The notes beneath the pieces are model-generated. The model worked only from the letters and a program-made list of their open reading frames with translations. It was not told the DNA's origin and made no database searches. DNA of 64,000 bases from a virus. Shown here piece by piece: positions 49,322 through 58,453 of the stretch. The DNA lies in the IMG/VR virus record IMGVR_UViG_3300046804_004458, positions 1-64,000 of that record; one strand, given 5' to 3'. The position numbers and the translations under genes are program-made. Positions within the stretch are counted from its first letter, which is position 1; each line of letters opens with the position of its first letter.

Positions 49322-52300
49322 TTATTTGAATTGTTTTTCAATATCTGCTACTGTCCTTCCACCTGCTACAGATGGTTTACTTTGATGATTTTTTTGAAGA
49401 ATTGCTCTTTTAGTAATTTCTCCATTAATCCAATTATCTTTTACTTGATAAACCTCATCTGGATTTTTAGGTCTATCACCTACCATAAGATTAATAGGTG
49501 TAACTGTCCAGTTTTTTTCAAACTTAGGTGCACCATTTTCCATTTTAATGCTACCATCATCATTTAATTCCCACTGCATGGTATACATATTCATTCTTGT
49601 AAATCTACCTGTAACAGGATCTTTACTTGACTGATCTGGTAACATTTTATATAGAAATCCTGCATTCTTTTCAAAATCACTTTGCTCTAAACCATTAGGG
49701 TCATAAAGTAGTTGACCATACCTATAACTTGTCTGAGCTTGTGGAAGTTGTGTAATATATGAACCTTTAGCTGTAGAGCTAATATCTAACCATACTTTTT
49801 TAAGGTCTTTAATACTTGCATAAGACATTCCACCTACTTTCTTTTTATCATCTCCACTTTCTTCGTCTTGAAAAACAAGTTCCACAGCCGGTTTACCGTT
49901 AGGACCATATTGGTGAAAAGATGTACCTTTAATAAGTTTAGTTATTGTGCCAGTAAATGCATTGTCTTCTAATGCTTTTTTTACTTCTGTAGAGACTACA
50001 TCTTCCATTTTATTGTCATCATCTACAGTATACACTTTATCATGGTTAACAGGTATAAGTGCTTCCTTTGTAAGGACAATACCAGTTGCTTTTTGTATAG
50101 GATTAATATCTTTACCTGTATCTGACATATCATATGTAATAGCTGAACCTGATACCCCTGTTTTATAATCAGACATTTGTCCAACTACTTTTGAACTTGC
50201 ATTTTCTATCATTTTTTGAAAATCACCAGATTTGCCAAATCTATTTGACATTCTATCAATAAACATGTTAAGTTGATGATCTAATAATTCTTTAGGTTCA
50301 AAACCTAAAAATTTATTGGCATTTTTGGCAAAAGGTTGATTTGCATATTTATTGTAATCAACATCATTTAAACTAATTTTTTTATCATTTACTGTAATAC
50401 TTTTCAAATTATAATCAGTAAGTGCACTAATAGAATAATCAAATTGACCTCTACTATATGCATCTACAAGATCTTTAAGACTTATTATATCTCCATTTTT
50501 TAATGGTATGTTATCAAGAGATTTTGAAGCAACAGTTAATAAATCATTTGATTTAACTATATCAGTTTTGTTATCATTAAGTACTTTTTTATAAGCTTCT
50601 TTATTTTGTACAGTTAAAAAGTCTTTTAGCTTTTCTTTATATTCAGTGTTTCTTTTAGTATAATTAGCCATCTCTTGTTCCATAGCTTGATTTTGCTGTG
50701 CTATTTTGGCAATCATAGCAGTCTTTTCAGGATCAACTGTTTGAAAAAAAGAAGATGTACTGTCTTGATGAATAAGAGCAGATAATCCTTGTCTTAGTGT
50801 ATTAGGACCTGTTTGTGCCCCATCTGTAGTATACTGTTCTAGCCCATTATCATTAAGTATTTTAACAACCTGCTCTCTCCTTTTAATTGCTTCAGGTGAC
50901 ATATCATATTTACCTGTAGTAAGAGAGTTTTGTAGATCCTGGCTTAATAACTGCAAATCAGGTGCAGACAACCCTCCTACAACTACATTGTCACCAACCA
51001 TTTGCAATATTCCATTTATGCCAAAAGCTGTTTTATTTACAGTATACATAGACATAGCTTGAGTAGCCCTATGCATATCTAATGTAGGAATTTTTACAAC
51101 ATCCGTACCAGGTATAGTGACTGTGCCTGATGTAATTGAAGGCATAATAGGGCCTTTTACTCCCCCTACTCCAGTACCATCACCTGTACCACCAAAACCA
51201 GTAGTAGGACTAAACATACCTGCACCAATACCTTCTTCAGAAAAATCAGAAATGTATTGATCCAGTAATTCTTTAGTTATTGTTACACCTGCTTTTCTAA
51301 GTGTTTCTATTGCTTTTAGACCATAACCAGCTTCTTTTTGTTGTGCCCCTAGCTGAAGCTGTACTATTTTAAGTTGTTGTTCAAACTGTTTATTAGCTTG
51401 TTCATTAAAAGCCTTTGCAATAGGATTTTCTTTAAACTCAACACTTGATATAGATGCCCTGCCTACTGCCCATCTATCTGCATCATGAGCAGTAGAAATA
51501 TTTTTAACATAGTCCCTTGGATTAGCAATTATATCCTCTACTTTCTTTTTATAGTCAGGTGAATTAACATCTATAAGCTTTAAAAAATCAGATGTGTTTG
51601 AGGAGTATCTAATATTATCTCCTATAGTAACACCATAGGATTTTTCAAAGTCATCTTGTGTTTGTCTTGCAAGATTAGCATACTCTTTTGCTCTTTTAAG
51701 ATTATATTCATATTCCTGTTCTTTTTCAGGAGACAGTTTAATATTAGCAGGATTTATTGCCCAGCCATTAGGATCAAGTGGTACAAGAGAATTGTTTTTT
51801 TGTCTCCACTCTAAAGCAGTTTTATTATAGTCAGCTATTGTGCCGGCATAATATTTAGTAACATCTTCTACTACATTTTCACCAAACATTCTTGTTGCCT
51901 GCTCTTCTGTTACACCCGGATTTTTATCCTTTATATCTTTTATTGATTGCCCCATTTGAGCAATTGCTATTGCCCTTTGTTGAGGAGCATACTTTTCTCT
52001 TGAGGCAACAGATTTATAAAAAGCTTTATAAGCATTTACAGATCTAGGTCCATTTGTAAAAATGGTCATCAAATTACCATTTGTATCAACAGTAGTTATT
52101 CCCCCACCTTTTCCTTGAGTCTCAGACCATTCTTTAGCAGCATCTGTATCTATGTTATAGACAGGCATTGCTTCTCTTCTTTCTAATTTGCTATAAGCAT
52201 CCTTAGTCATTGGAGCTACAGCAAGCTGCTCTAAACCTTGATTAAGATATATACTCATCCAAGAATTATAAAGTTCTCTTTCTTTTTCATCTTTACTAGT

Positions 52301-52681
52301 CCTCATTGATTCCAGTTTTTGAAACTGAGTATTATAATGAGAAGTAAGTGCCTGGTTCTGCAATAGCAACTGATCCTCATGAAAAGGAGCCATTATGTTC
52401 TCAGCAGCTAGCACATTTTTTGGATCAGAAAGATCAGTAGCAGCAATAGACTTCATCTGCTCCAATGCACTATTTTTGTAATCCTGTTGTCTTTTCTTTG
52501 CCTCTTCTCCAGTAACTGGCTGATTAAAAATAGTATCGTATTTGCCTTTTACTTCTTTAAAACCTTTCTCATACTGCTGGTTAGCCTTCATCTGCATTGA
52601 AGCAAGAAAACTAAAATCAGGCTGATATACAGGAATTGGGGTTACGGATGAGGGGACATTTTCAAGCCAATTATAATCCAT
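49322..52681 (-). CDS. Virion cargo/ejection protein
   Basis: N-terminal YQPDFSFL...QQYEKG as recalled from crAss-like cargo proteins. Immediately upstream of the RNAP. Confidence 0.65.
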   Translation of the reverse strand: MDYNWLENVPSSVTPIPVYQPDFSFLASMQMKANQQYEKGFKEVKGKYDTIFNQPVTGEEAKKRQQDYKNSALEQMKSIAATDLSDPKNVLAAENIMAPFHEDQLLLQNQALTSHYNTQFQKLESMRTSKDEKERELYNSWMSIYLNQGLEQLAVAPMTKDAYSKLERREAMPVYNIDTDAAKEWSETQGKGGGITTVDTNGNLMTIFTNGPRSVNAYKAFYKSVASREKYAPQQRAIAIAQMGQSIKDIKDKNPGVTEEQATRMFGENVVEDVTKYYAGTIADYNKTALEWRQKNNSLVPLDPNGWAINPANIKLSPEKEQEYEYNLKRAKEYANLARQTQDDFEKSYGVTIGDNIRYSSNTSDFLKLIDVNSPDYKKKVEDIIANPRDYVKNISTAHDADRWAVGRASISSVEFKENPIAKAFNEQANKQFEQQLKIVQLQLGAQQKEAGYGLKAIETLRKAGVTITKELLDQYISDFSEEGIGAGMFSPTTGFGGTGDGTGVGGVKGPIMPSITSGTVTIPGTDVVKIPTLDMHRATQAMSMYTVNKTAFGINGILQMVGDNVVVGGLSAPDLQLLSQDLQNSLTTGKYDMSPEAIKRREQVVKILNDNGLEQYTTDGAQTGPNTLRQGLSALIHQDSTSSFFQTVDPEKTAMIAKIAQQNQAMEQEMANYTKRNTEYKEKLKDFLTVQNKEAYKKVLNDNKTDIVKSNDLLTVASKSLDNIPLKNGDIISLKDLVDAYSRGQFDYSISALTDYNLKSITVNDKKISLNDVDYNKYANQPFAKNANKFLGFEPKELLDHQLNMFIDRMSNRFGKSGDFQKMIENASSKVVGQMSDYKTGVSGSAITYDMSDTGKDINPIQKATGIVLTKEALIPVNHDKVYTVDDDNKMEDVVSTEVKKALEDNAFTGTITKLIKGTSFHQYGPNGKPAVELVFQDEESGDDKKKVGGMSYASIKDLKKVWLDISSTAKGSYITQLPQAQTSYRYGQLLYDPNGLEQSDFEKNAGFLYKMLPDQSSKDPVTGRFTRMNMYTMQWELNDDGSIKMENGAPKFEKNWTVTPINLMVGDRPKNPDEVYQVKDNWINGEITKRAILQKNHQSKPSVAGGRTVADIEKQFK

Positions 52682-52719
52682 TTTTATAATATTTTGTAAG
52701 TAACTAATTAAATACTGCT

Positions 52720-52760
52720 ACTACAATATAAATATACGTAGTAAACAAATAAGGTGCAAA
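52720..52760 (-). promoter_or_regulatory. Putative late promoter TTTG-N20-TATATTTATATTGTAG
   Basis: Same architecture as the 26766 site. Confidence 0.6.
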
Positions 52761-52818
52761 TTAATGTCCGGAAAAACATTTAATGTGCACCCCTTGCAAA
52801 CCTTTTATGTTTATTGTA

Positions 52819-55800
52819 CTATTTCATAAATTTTTGTAATGCTTTACCACCATATTTAAACACTCCTCTTTGCTCAAGCAGCCTATACATATCACCTGAT
52901 TCATGTTTAAATTGTCTTTTGGCCAGCTCTCTTCTTTCTGCCTTAGTTAGCTGTCCAAGAGTTTTGTTTTTTATTTCAGGATATATTTCACTACCATATC
53001 CTTCATTGCTCCATTTTTTAAGAGCTTTATCTACTGGTGTGTCTGCCTTATAATAACGGGATGGCATAATACCATCTGTGTCACCAAACAGTTGGGTTTG
53101 GTATGCTTTTATACCTGTATCAAGATCGGGAAAAGCTGCAAAAGTACCACCATCTTTTTTCTTTATACCAGAGTCTACTGCACCAAATAGTTTACTAAAT
53201 AGTGGTATATATTGTATATTACCTGGGTTATTTGTTGCAGTAGCTATATCTGTTTTAGACATTCTCTTTGTTTCTACTCCGGATAATGGCTTCTTCTTTG
53301 AAAAACTCATTTCTTCTTGAGTGTACTGGGAAGATAGGGGTTGTTGGTAATATGTGTTATCAACAGCAGGTAATTGTACATCTGGCATAGAAGGGAGTCC
53401 TATAAACTCACCTCCTATTTGGTAATGGGGTAGTCTCTCTGCATTATGTTGATAAGCAGGTGCCATGCTTGGTAGGGCCATATGAGAGCCACCATACCTC
53501 ATTACATTACCACCATACATACTTGTTGTAGCCTCGTCACTTGCCTTAGGTGAAATGCCTTTTGCTAAATTAATAAGATCTCCAAGTTTTGCATCAGGAA
53601 ATTCTTTTTTATATTCTTTTACTCTAGCTAATAGAGTTGGATCTTGTTTTTGTAAATCGGCAAAATATTTACTTTCCATACCTGTCTTAAACCTAGGAAA
53701 ACCATATGGGTCTATATCAAAGTAAGGAGATGTCTTATTAAGCCATGCTGTTTTAACTGCTGTATCATGATGTTTTTGCATCCTGTCAACATACTCAGCT
53801 TGTAACCTACCCATCTCTCTTTGGTAATCTCTGTCTGATAAGAAATTAGCTTTGTTTAGTTCAGCAAGCCTATTGGCCTGTTTAGCCATAAGTTCATTAG
53901 TTATCTGGGCAGCCTGTGCATTAGCTGCATTAGCTATAGCAACATTTTGAGCATTATATTGTGCTATTACATCAGCAGCTTGTTTTCCGGCCTCTCCTTG
54001 TATACCTAATGCAGTTGCTCTTGCTGCTCTTTGGTTTCCCTGAGCAGCCATTTCCATAGCTGTTCTAGCTGATTCCTGCTGTGCAGCAATAGCTCTTGTA
54101 GGATCAGCAAATACTACCTGAGGTATTACTGCTTGTGGTACTGGTTCATATGGCTCAAATTTTTTAACTTGTCCCATTTGCATAAGATTAAAGATATCTC
54201 CTAATACATTTGGGTCTACTTGAAAATTACCAAAATTCCAGTTTCTTTTTTTCCTGTCCCCCTTTTTATCTTTACTAATAGTAGAAGTAACCAAATCTGT
54301 AGAAACAGAAGAAGGTGTAATAGTACCCGGAGAAGCAGGCATTAAATTAGGGCCAGAAGTTGGTAAAGGCTGTACCTGCTTATCAACAGCAAGATCCTGT
54401 TCCATTCCCATTTTAATGTTTCTATAACCAGGTCCCCATAAATCTGCCCTGCCTTGACCAGGTAAACCAGCCCCTACTCTACCTTGTCCATATAATTGAG
54501 CATATTTAAGGGGGTCATGTAAAGCAGCTCTAGTAAAAAAGGCCACATCTTCTTGAGAAAGAGGTTCTCCTGTTTTATGTTCTTCCGCAGATTTGTACAT
54601 ACCATAAGGAGGAGGCACTGTTTGAGCAACTTGCATGTTTGCTTGTTGATTGTCTTGTTCTTGTGTATCTCCTACAAACCAGTCTCTTACACCATGTATA
54701 TTACCAGTACGTATACCATATTGAGCTTCTGGTAACTGCCCACCATACTCCGCTTCTTTAGGAGCATTAGGATCATGGTGGTCCATACCCATATGTTTTT
54801 TTATTCCTTCTTGTACCTGAGCTAGTTTATCTAACTTGGCCAGGTAGTTGTCAGTCATAAGTTGGGCTGTGGTCTTAGAACCTTGGTCAGCATTGGGATC
54901 ACTCAGTACTTTTTTAAATTTGTTGAGGTCATACTTCTTAGCTATTTCAGCAGGTGTATAGCCTCCTCTTTTTGGTTTCATACCAAACATAGCAAGTACC
55001 TTGGCATCTTTTATTTTAAGAGCTTTAGTATCAGAGTATACAAATGAATTAGAAGGAACATTGATATCTTTACCACCTTGAGTGTGTGGCTTTCCATTAA
55101 CATTCATTAATTCCATTGAACCATCCTGATCAAAGTCTCCAAGTACTTGTTCTTGTTTTTCAGCATTTATATCACCACCTTCTTTTGCTTCAGGTAGTGT
55201 TTTACCTGTAGTGTGATAAGGACTAACTTTTGCAGTACCACCCGGATATCCGGTAGGAGAAGACCAAAACCTGTCCAAAGCATACCCTTGGCCAACTTGT
55301 TGGTTACCATAACCATGTGATGGGCCCTTAGATGCATATCCACCTGCCCACATCATAGGTGTTTCTCCTTCACCAGCACCCATACGGATATTGTCAACTA
55401 GTGTATTGGTAGGCATACTTTTTATACGTATTTTCTTTTTCATTCCTCCATATTTATAAGTTTCTTCACCTGTACTACGTATTTTACCTATAGGATCACC
55501 AGTTTGTTTTCTGGTTCCTGCAAAATAGTTAGATGGTAGTTCTTGTCCAGATGCTTTTCTTTCTTTGTATTTGCCAATAGCCTCTTCTCTTGTTGGAAAT
55601 CCTGTAGCAGCAAGACCTGTTAAAACAGGAGTTGTTTGTGTTGTTGTAGCAGGTACAGTAGTAGGGGTAGATGTTGTAGCTGTAGGATAAGCAGTTTTCC
55701 AATGTTCTTCCATCTGCTGTTGTGTCAAAGGTTCAGTACCAGTAGACATAAATCCTGCTGTACCAGGGTATCTTTTACCAGAAGGATCAAGATGTTCATA

Positions 55801-56172
55801 TTGGTAAGTCCTATATGCTTTTTGCTTTTCTCTTGTTCCTACCCAACTTGGTATACCACCCCATGGATCTTTACCAGTTATACCTGATACAGAGCTGGGC
55901 ATTGATTGTGACCTAGCCATCATATCTGCCTGTATAGCAGCAGCTCTGTTATAATCAAAACCAGTCTGTTGTGCAACTTGTCTTTGTACATCTTGATTTC
56001 TGTTCCAATCCCTCACATACTGACCAGGTACCTGAGATAAAGCAGCTTGGTATTTATTCCAACTTTCTCTTTCTGCAGGTGTAACTGGAGCATAGGGCAT
56101 AAATGTAGTTGGGGGATTAGAGTATCCCCCTCCCTGCATTTTTGGCACTGCTTTTATTTTTATCTTGGCCAT
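52819..56172 (-). CDS. Modular virion cargo protein with GG linkers and a C-terminal NNPGNI putative muralytic domain
   Basis: GKPHTQGG..FVYSD domain, Ala/Gln coiled coil, NNPGNI..FAAFPDLDTG, about 8 xxxGG motifs. Confidence 0.7.
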   Translation of the reverse strand: MAKIKIKAVPKMQGGGYSNPPTTFMPYAPVTPAERESWNKYQAALSQVPGQYVRDWNRNQDVQRQVAQQTGFDYNRAAAIQADMMARSQSMPSSVSGITGKDPWGGIPSWVGTREKQKAYRTYQYEHLDPSGKRYPGTAGFMSTGTEPLTQQQMEEHWKTAYPTATTSTPTTVPATTTQTTPVLTGLAATGFPTREEAIGKYKERKASGQELPSNYFAGTRKQTGDPIGKIRSTGEETYKYGGMKKKIRIKSMPTNTLVDNIRMGAGEGETPMMWAGGYASKGPSHGYGNQQVGQGYALDRFWSSPTGYPGGTAKVSPYHTTGKTLPEAKEGGDINAEKQEQVLGDFDQDGSMELMNVNGKPHTQGGKDINVPSNSFVYSDTKALKIKDAKVLAMFGMKPKRGGYTPAEIAKKYDLNKFKKVLSDPNADQGSKTTAQLMTDNYLAKLDKLAQVQEGIKKHMGMDHHDPNAPKEAEYGGQLPEAQYGIRTGNIHGVRDWFVGDTQEQDNQQANMQVAQTVPPPYGMYKSAEEHKTGEPLSQEDVAFFTRAALHDPLKYAQLYGQGRVGAGLPGQGRADLWGPGYRNIKMGMEQDLAVDKQVQPLPTSGPNLMPASPGTITPSSVSTDLVTSTISKDKKGDRKKRNWNFGNFQVDPNVLGDIFNLMQMGQVKKFEPYEPVPQAVIPQVVFADPTRAIAAQQESARTAMEMAAQGNQRAARATALGIQGEAGKQAADVIAQYNAQNVAIANAANAQAAQITNELMAKQANRLAELNKANFLSDRDYQREMGRLQAEYVDRMQKHHDTAVKTAWLNKTSPYFDIDPYGFPRFKTGMESKYFADLQKQDPTLLARVKEYKKEFPDAKLGDLINLAKGISPKASDEATTSMYGGNVMRYGGSHMALPSMAPAYQHNAERLPHYQIGGEFIGLPSMPDVQLPAVDNTYYQQPLSSQYTQEEMSFSKKKPLSGVETKRMSKTDIATATNNPGNIQYIPLFSKLFGAVDSGIKKKDGGTFAAFPDLDTGIKAYQTQLFGDTDGIMPSRYYKADTPVDKALKKWSNEGYGSEIYPEIKNKTLGQLTKAERRELAKRQFKHESGDMYRLLEQRGVFKYGGKALQKFMK

Positions 56173-56195
56173 TGTACTGGTTTGTCACTATTAAA

Positions 56196-58397
56196 TTACA
56201 TCATTTCTACCTCATATCCTAACTTTCGTAATCTTGCTATTTCAGCATCATCTACTTCATGCACACTACCAGGTACATACCCACCTGCAGCATAAGCAGT
56301 ATCCCTCATAGGCATACCACCCATCATAAAAGTGCCACCATATTTACCCATAGTAGAAGGAAAATAACCTGGTTTTGCAAAGCCATAACTATCTGGCCGA
56401 AATACACCTTGTTGTGTATAATCACCATGCCCACCCGGCTGATTAACTTTAGCAAATACATTTTCAGAAAGTCCTCTTTGTGTAGCTGCCTTTCTGTCTC
56501 TTTCTGCATCCTTAAAACTTTGTAAATAAGAAGCAGTACCTAAAGCACCCATACCTGCACCAAGTATAGCTTGTCCCCAGTTAAGCCCTTTTTGGAATCT
56601 ACCTTGTTTTTTAGCAAGTTCCTTTTGTCTCTCTACCTCATCATAGTGTGCCTGAGTAGTATCACCTGTAGTAGGATCATAAGCTTGAACAGACCCTTTT
56701 CCAAACTTAATATTTTCCTGAGCTTGTTTATCTGTCATTCCTTTTCTCCAGTCAACAACAGGCACATCTGGAGTGTCTAATACACCAGTTACATCTGTTT
56801 GTGGATTAGGAGTAAGATCATTGGGATCTTCTACAGGTGCAGTAACAGGGGCACTAACTGGAGTAGTAGGCATTATTGTAGGATCTTCTTCATAATCACC
56901 GGGACCAAACTTACCACCAGGTAAGTAGTAACCTCCATAAGCCATAAACTTAGCCAAAGGATGGTAAGGATTTACATATCCACCATATGCTTCAAAACTA
57001 GGAAATTGTCCTCCCTGCATCATATGTTGTTGTACCTCTGGGTTATGTTGTAAATAGTTCTCAACACTGTTAAGGTAATCATTAGCCAGAGTCATCTTAC
57101 TAGCTACCCATGGTTCTACATATGTATCTTGGCCTAATACCTTACTAAGCTCACCTATCTTATGCTGCATCTGATTCATCTGCCCAATAGCCATATTAGC
57201 ATATTCATTAGTCTGACCACCATCCTGCATCATAGCTGTACCACCATATTCCCTGTTCTTTGCCATAGCCCTAAAAGTCTTAGCAAGATTGTATCTCCTA
57301 GAACCGGGAGGGCATGATGAGCTACCAAATTTAGAACCTGTACAAACACCTTCTGTACCTCTTCTTTTTATAGAAGCAGTTACACTTTGGATCCATTTAC
57401 CACCTTTTTTCATTTCAGGTGTGTATTCCTCTGAATCAAAATCACCACCCTGCTCATACATTCCACCTGGCATATAGGTGTATCTATCAGGAGTTACCAT
57501 ACCACCTGTTTGCATGTTGCTCATTATCTTCTGCTGTACTGATGCAGGTAAAGCTCTAAAGCCTGGGTTGTCTGGCATAGCAGGTCCACCAAACTCATGC
57601 TTCCACTTAGCAGCATTCCTAGCAAAGTTAGCTTTCTTCACCATAGCAGGTGAGTAGTTCTCTTTGTGTGCAAGAACCTGGGAAGCAAATGCTTGGACAC
57701 TTTTACCGTGTTTTGAAGCTGCAGCAGTAAAGGTTCCTCTTTTTGAGGGCTTAATGTAGATGCCCCCTTTTTTCATTTCAACAGGTAAATCTTGTAACAT
57801 TCCACCCCCTGTGCCTGGGCCAGGATTCATTGCAAATGGATGCACAAGTTCTGCTCCAGGTATCTGGCCACCAAATTTTAAATGGGTAGGCAAGTCCTGA
57901 AGCATTCCTCCCCCCTTACCTGTACCTGGGTACATAGCAAAAGGATCAACTATCTCTGCACCTGGAGTTATACCACCAAATGCCATATGTGTAGGAAGAT
58001 CCTGAAGATAACCACTACCTCTACCTGTTCCAGGTGCCATAGCAAAGGGAGTAGGGTATTCATTGTTAGTCACATTAAAAGATGATGAAGGGTACCCTCC
58101 TCCTTTAAAAATAGGAGCAGAGCCACCTGGCATAAAAGTAGGGCCACCCATCTTGGAGTAGCTACCACCGTTAGCAAAATAAACACCATTAGCATAAGTA
58201 CCTGAGTCACCGGCAGTAGATACCCATTTTTCTCCATTCCAGTAAGAACCAGAATGACCAGAAGCAGCTCCTCCCATTTTCATTGTTTGATTACCTTTCA
58301 TATGAGGATACGCTGCAAAGAAATCCTTCTCAGAGGGGTACTTTTGGTAAAACTCCTCTTCGGTATTACAGCCGGCCATTTTCATGAACTTATGCAT
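56196..58397 (-). CDS. Modular low-complexity virion protein with about 22 GG linkers
   Basis: Mini-domains between M/Y/F-x-x-GG motifs, plus a hydrophobic GAGMGALG segment. Confidence 0.7.
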   Translation of the reverse strand: MHKFMKMAGCNTEEEFYQKYPSEKDFFAAYPHMKGNQTMKMGGAASGHSGSYWNGEKWVSTAGDSGTYANGVYFANGGSYSKMGGPTFMPGGSAPIFKGGGYPSSSFNVTNNEYPTPFAMAPGTGRGSGYLQDLPTHMAFGGITPGAEIVDPFAMYPGTGKGGGMLQDLPTHLKFGGQIPGAELVHPFAMNPGPGTGGGMLQDLPVEMKKGGIYIKPSKRGTFTAAASKHGKSVQAFASQVLAHKENYSPAMVKKANFARNAAKWKHEFGGPAMPDNPGFRALPASVQQKIMSNMQTGGMVTPDRYTYMPGGMYEQGGDFDSEEYTPEMKKGGKWIQSVTASIKRRGTEGVCTGSKFGSSSCPPGSRRYNLAKTFRAMAKNREYGGTAMMQDGGQTNEYANMAIGQMNQMQHKIGELSKVLGQDTYVEPWVASKMTLANDYLNSVENYLQHNPEVQQHMMQGGQFPSFEAYGGYVNPYHPLAKFMAYGGYYLPGGKFGPGDYEEDPTIMPTTPVSAPVTAPVEDPNDLTPNPQTDVTGVLDTPDVPVVDWRKGMTDKQAQENIKFGKGSVQAYDPTTGDTTQAHYDEVERQKELAKKQGRFQKGLNWGQAILGAGMGALGTASYLQSFKDAERDRKAATQRGLSENVFAKVNQPGGHGDYTQQGVFRPDSYGFAKPGYFPSTMGKYGGTFMMGGMPMRDTAYAAGGYVPGSVHEVDDAEIARLRKLGYEVEMM
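57763..58052 (-). repeat. Three 105-bp (35-aa) tandem units PFAMxPGxGxGxGxLQDLPxxMxxGG
   Basis: Pro codons at 58049, 57944 and 57839 (period 105). Confidence 0.85.
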
Positions 58398-58453
58398 TGT
58401 GTATTGTTTTAGTATTATCTATAATAAATTTACTCAATTTCCGTGACTTTTCC

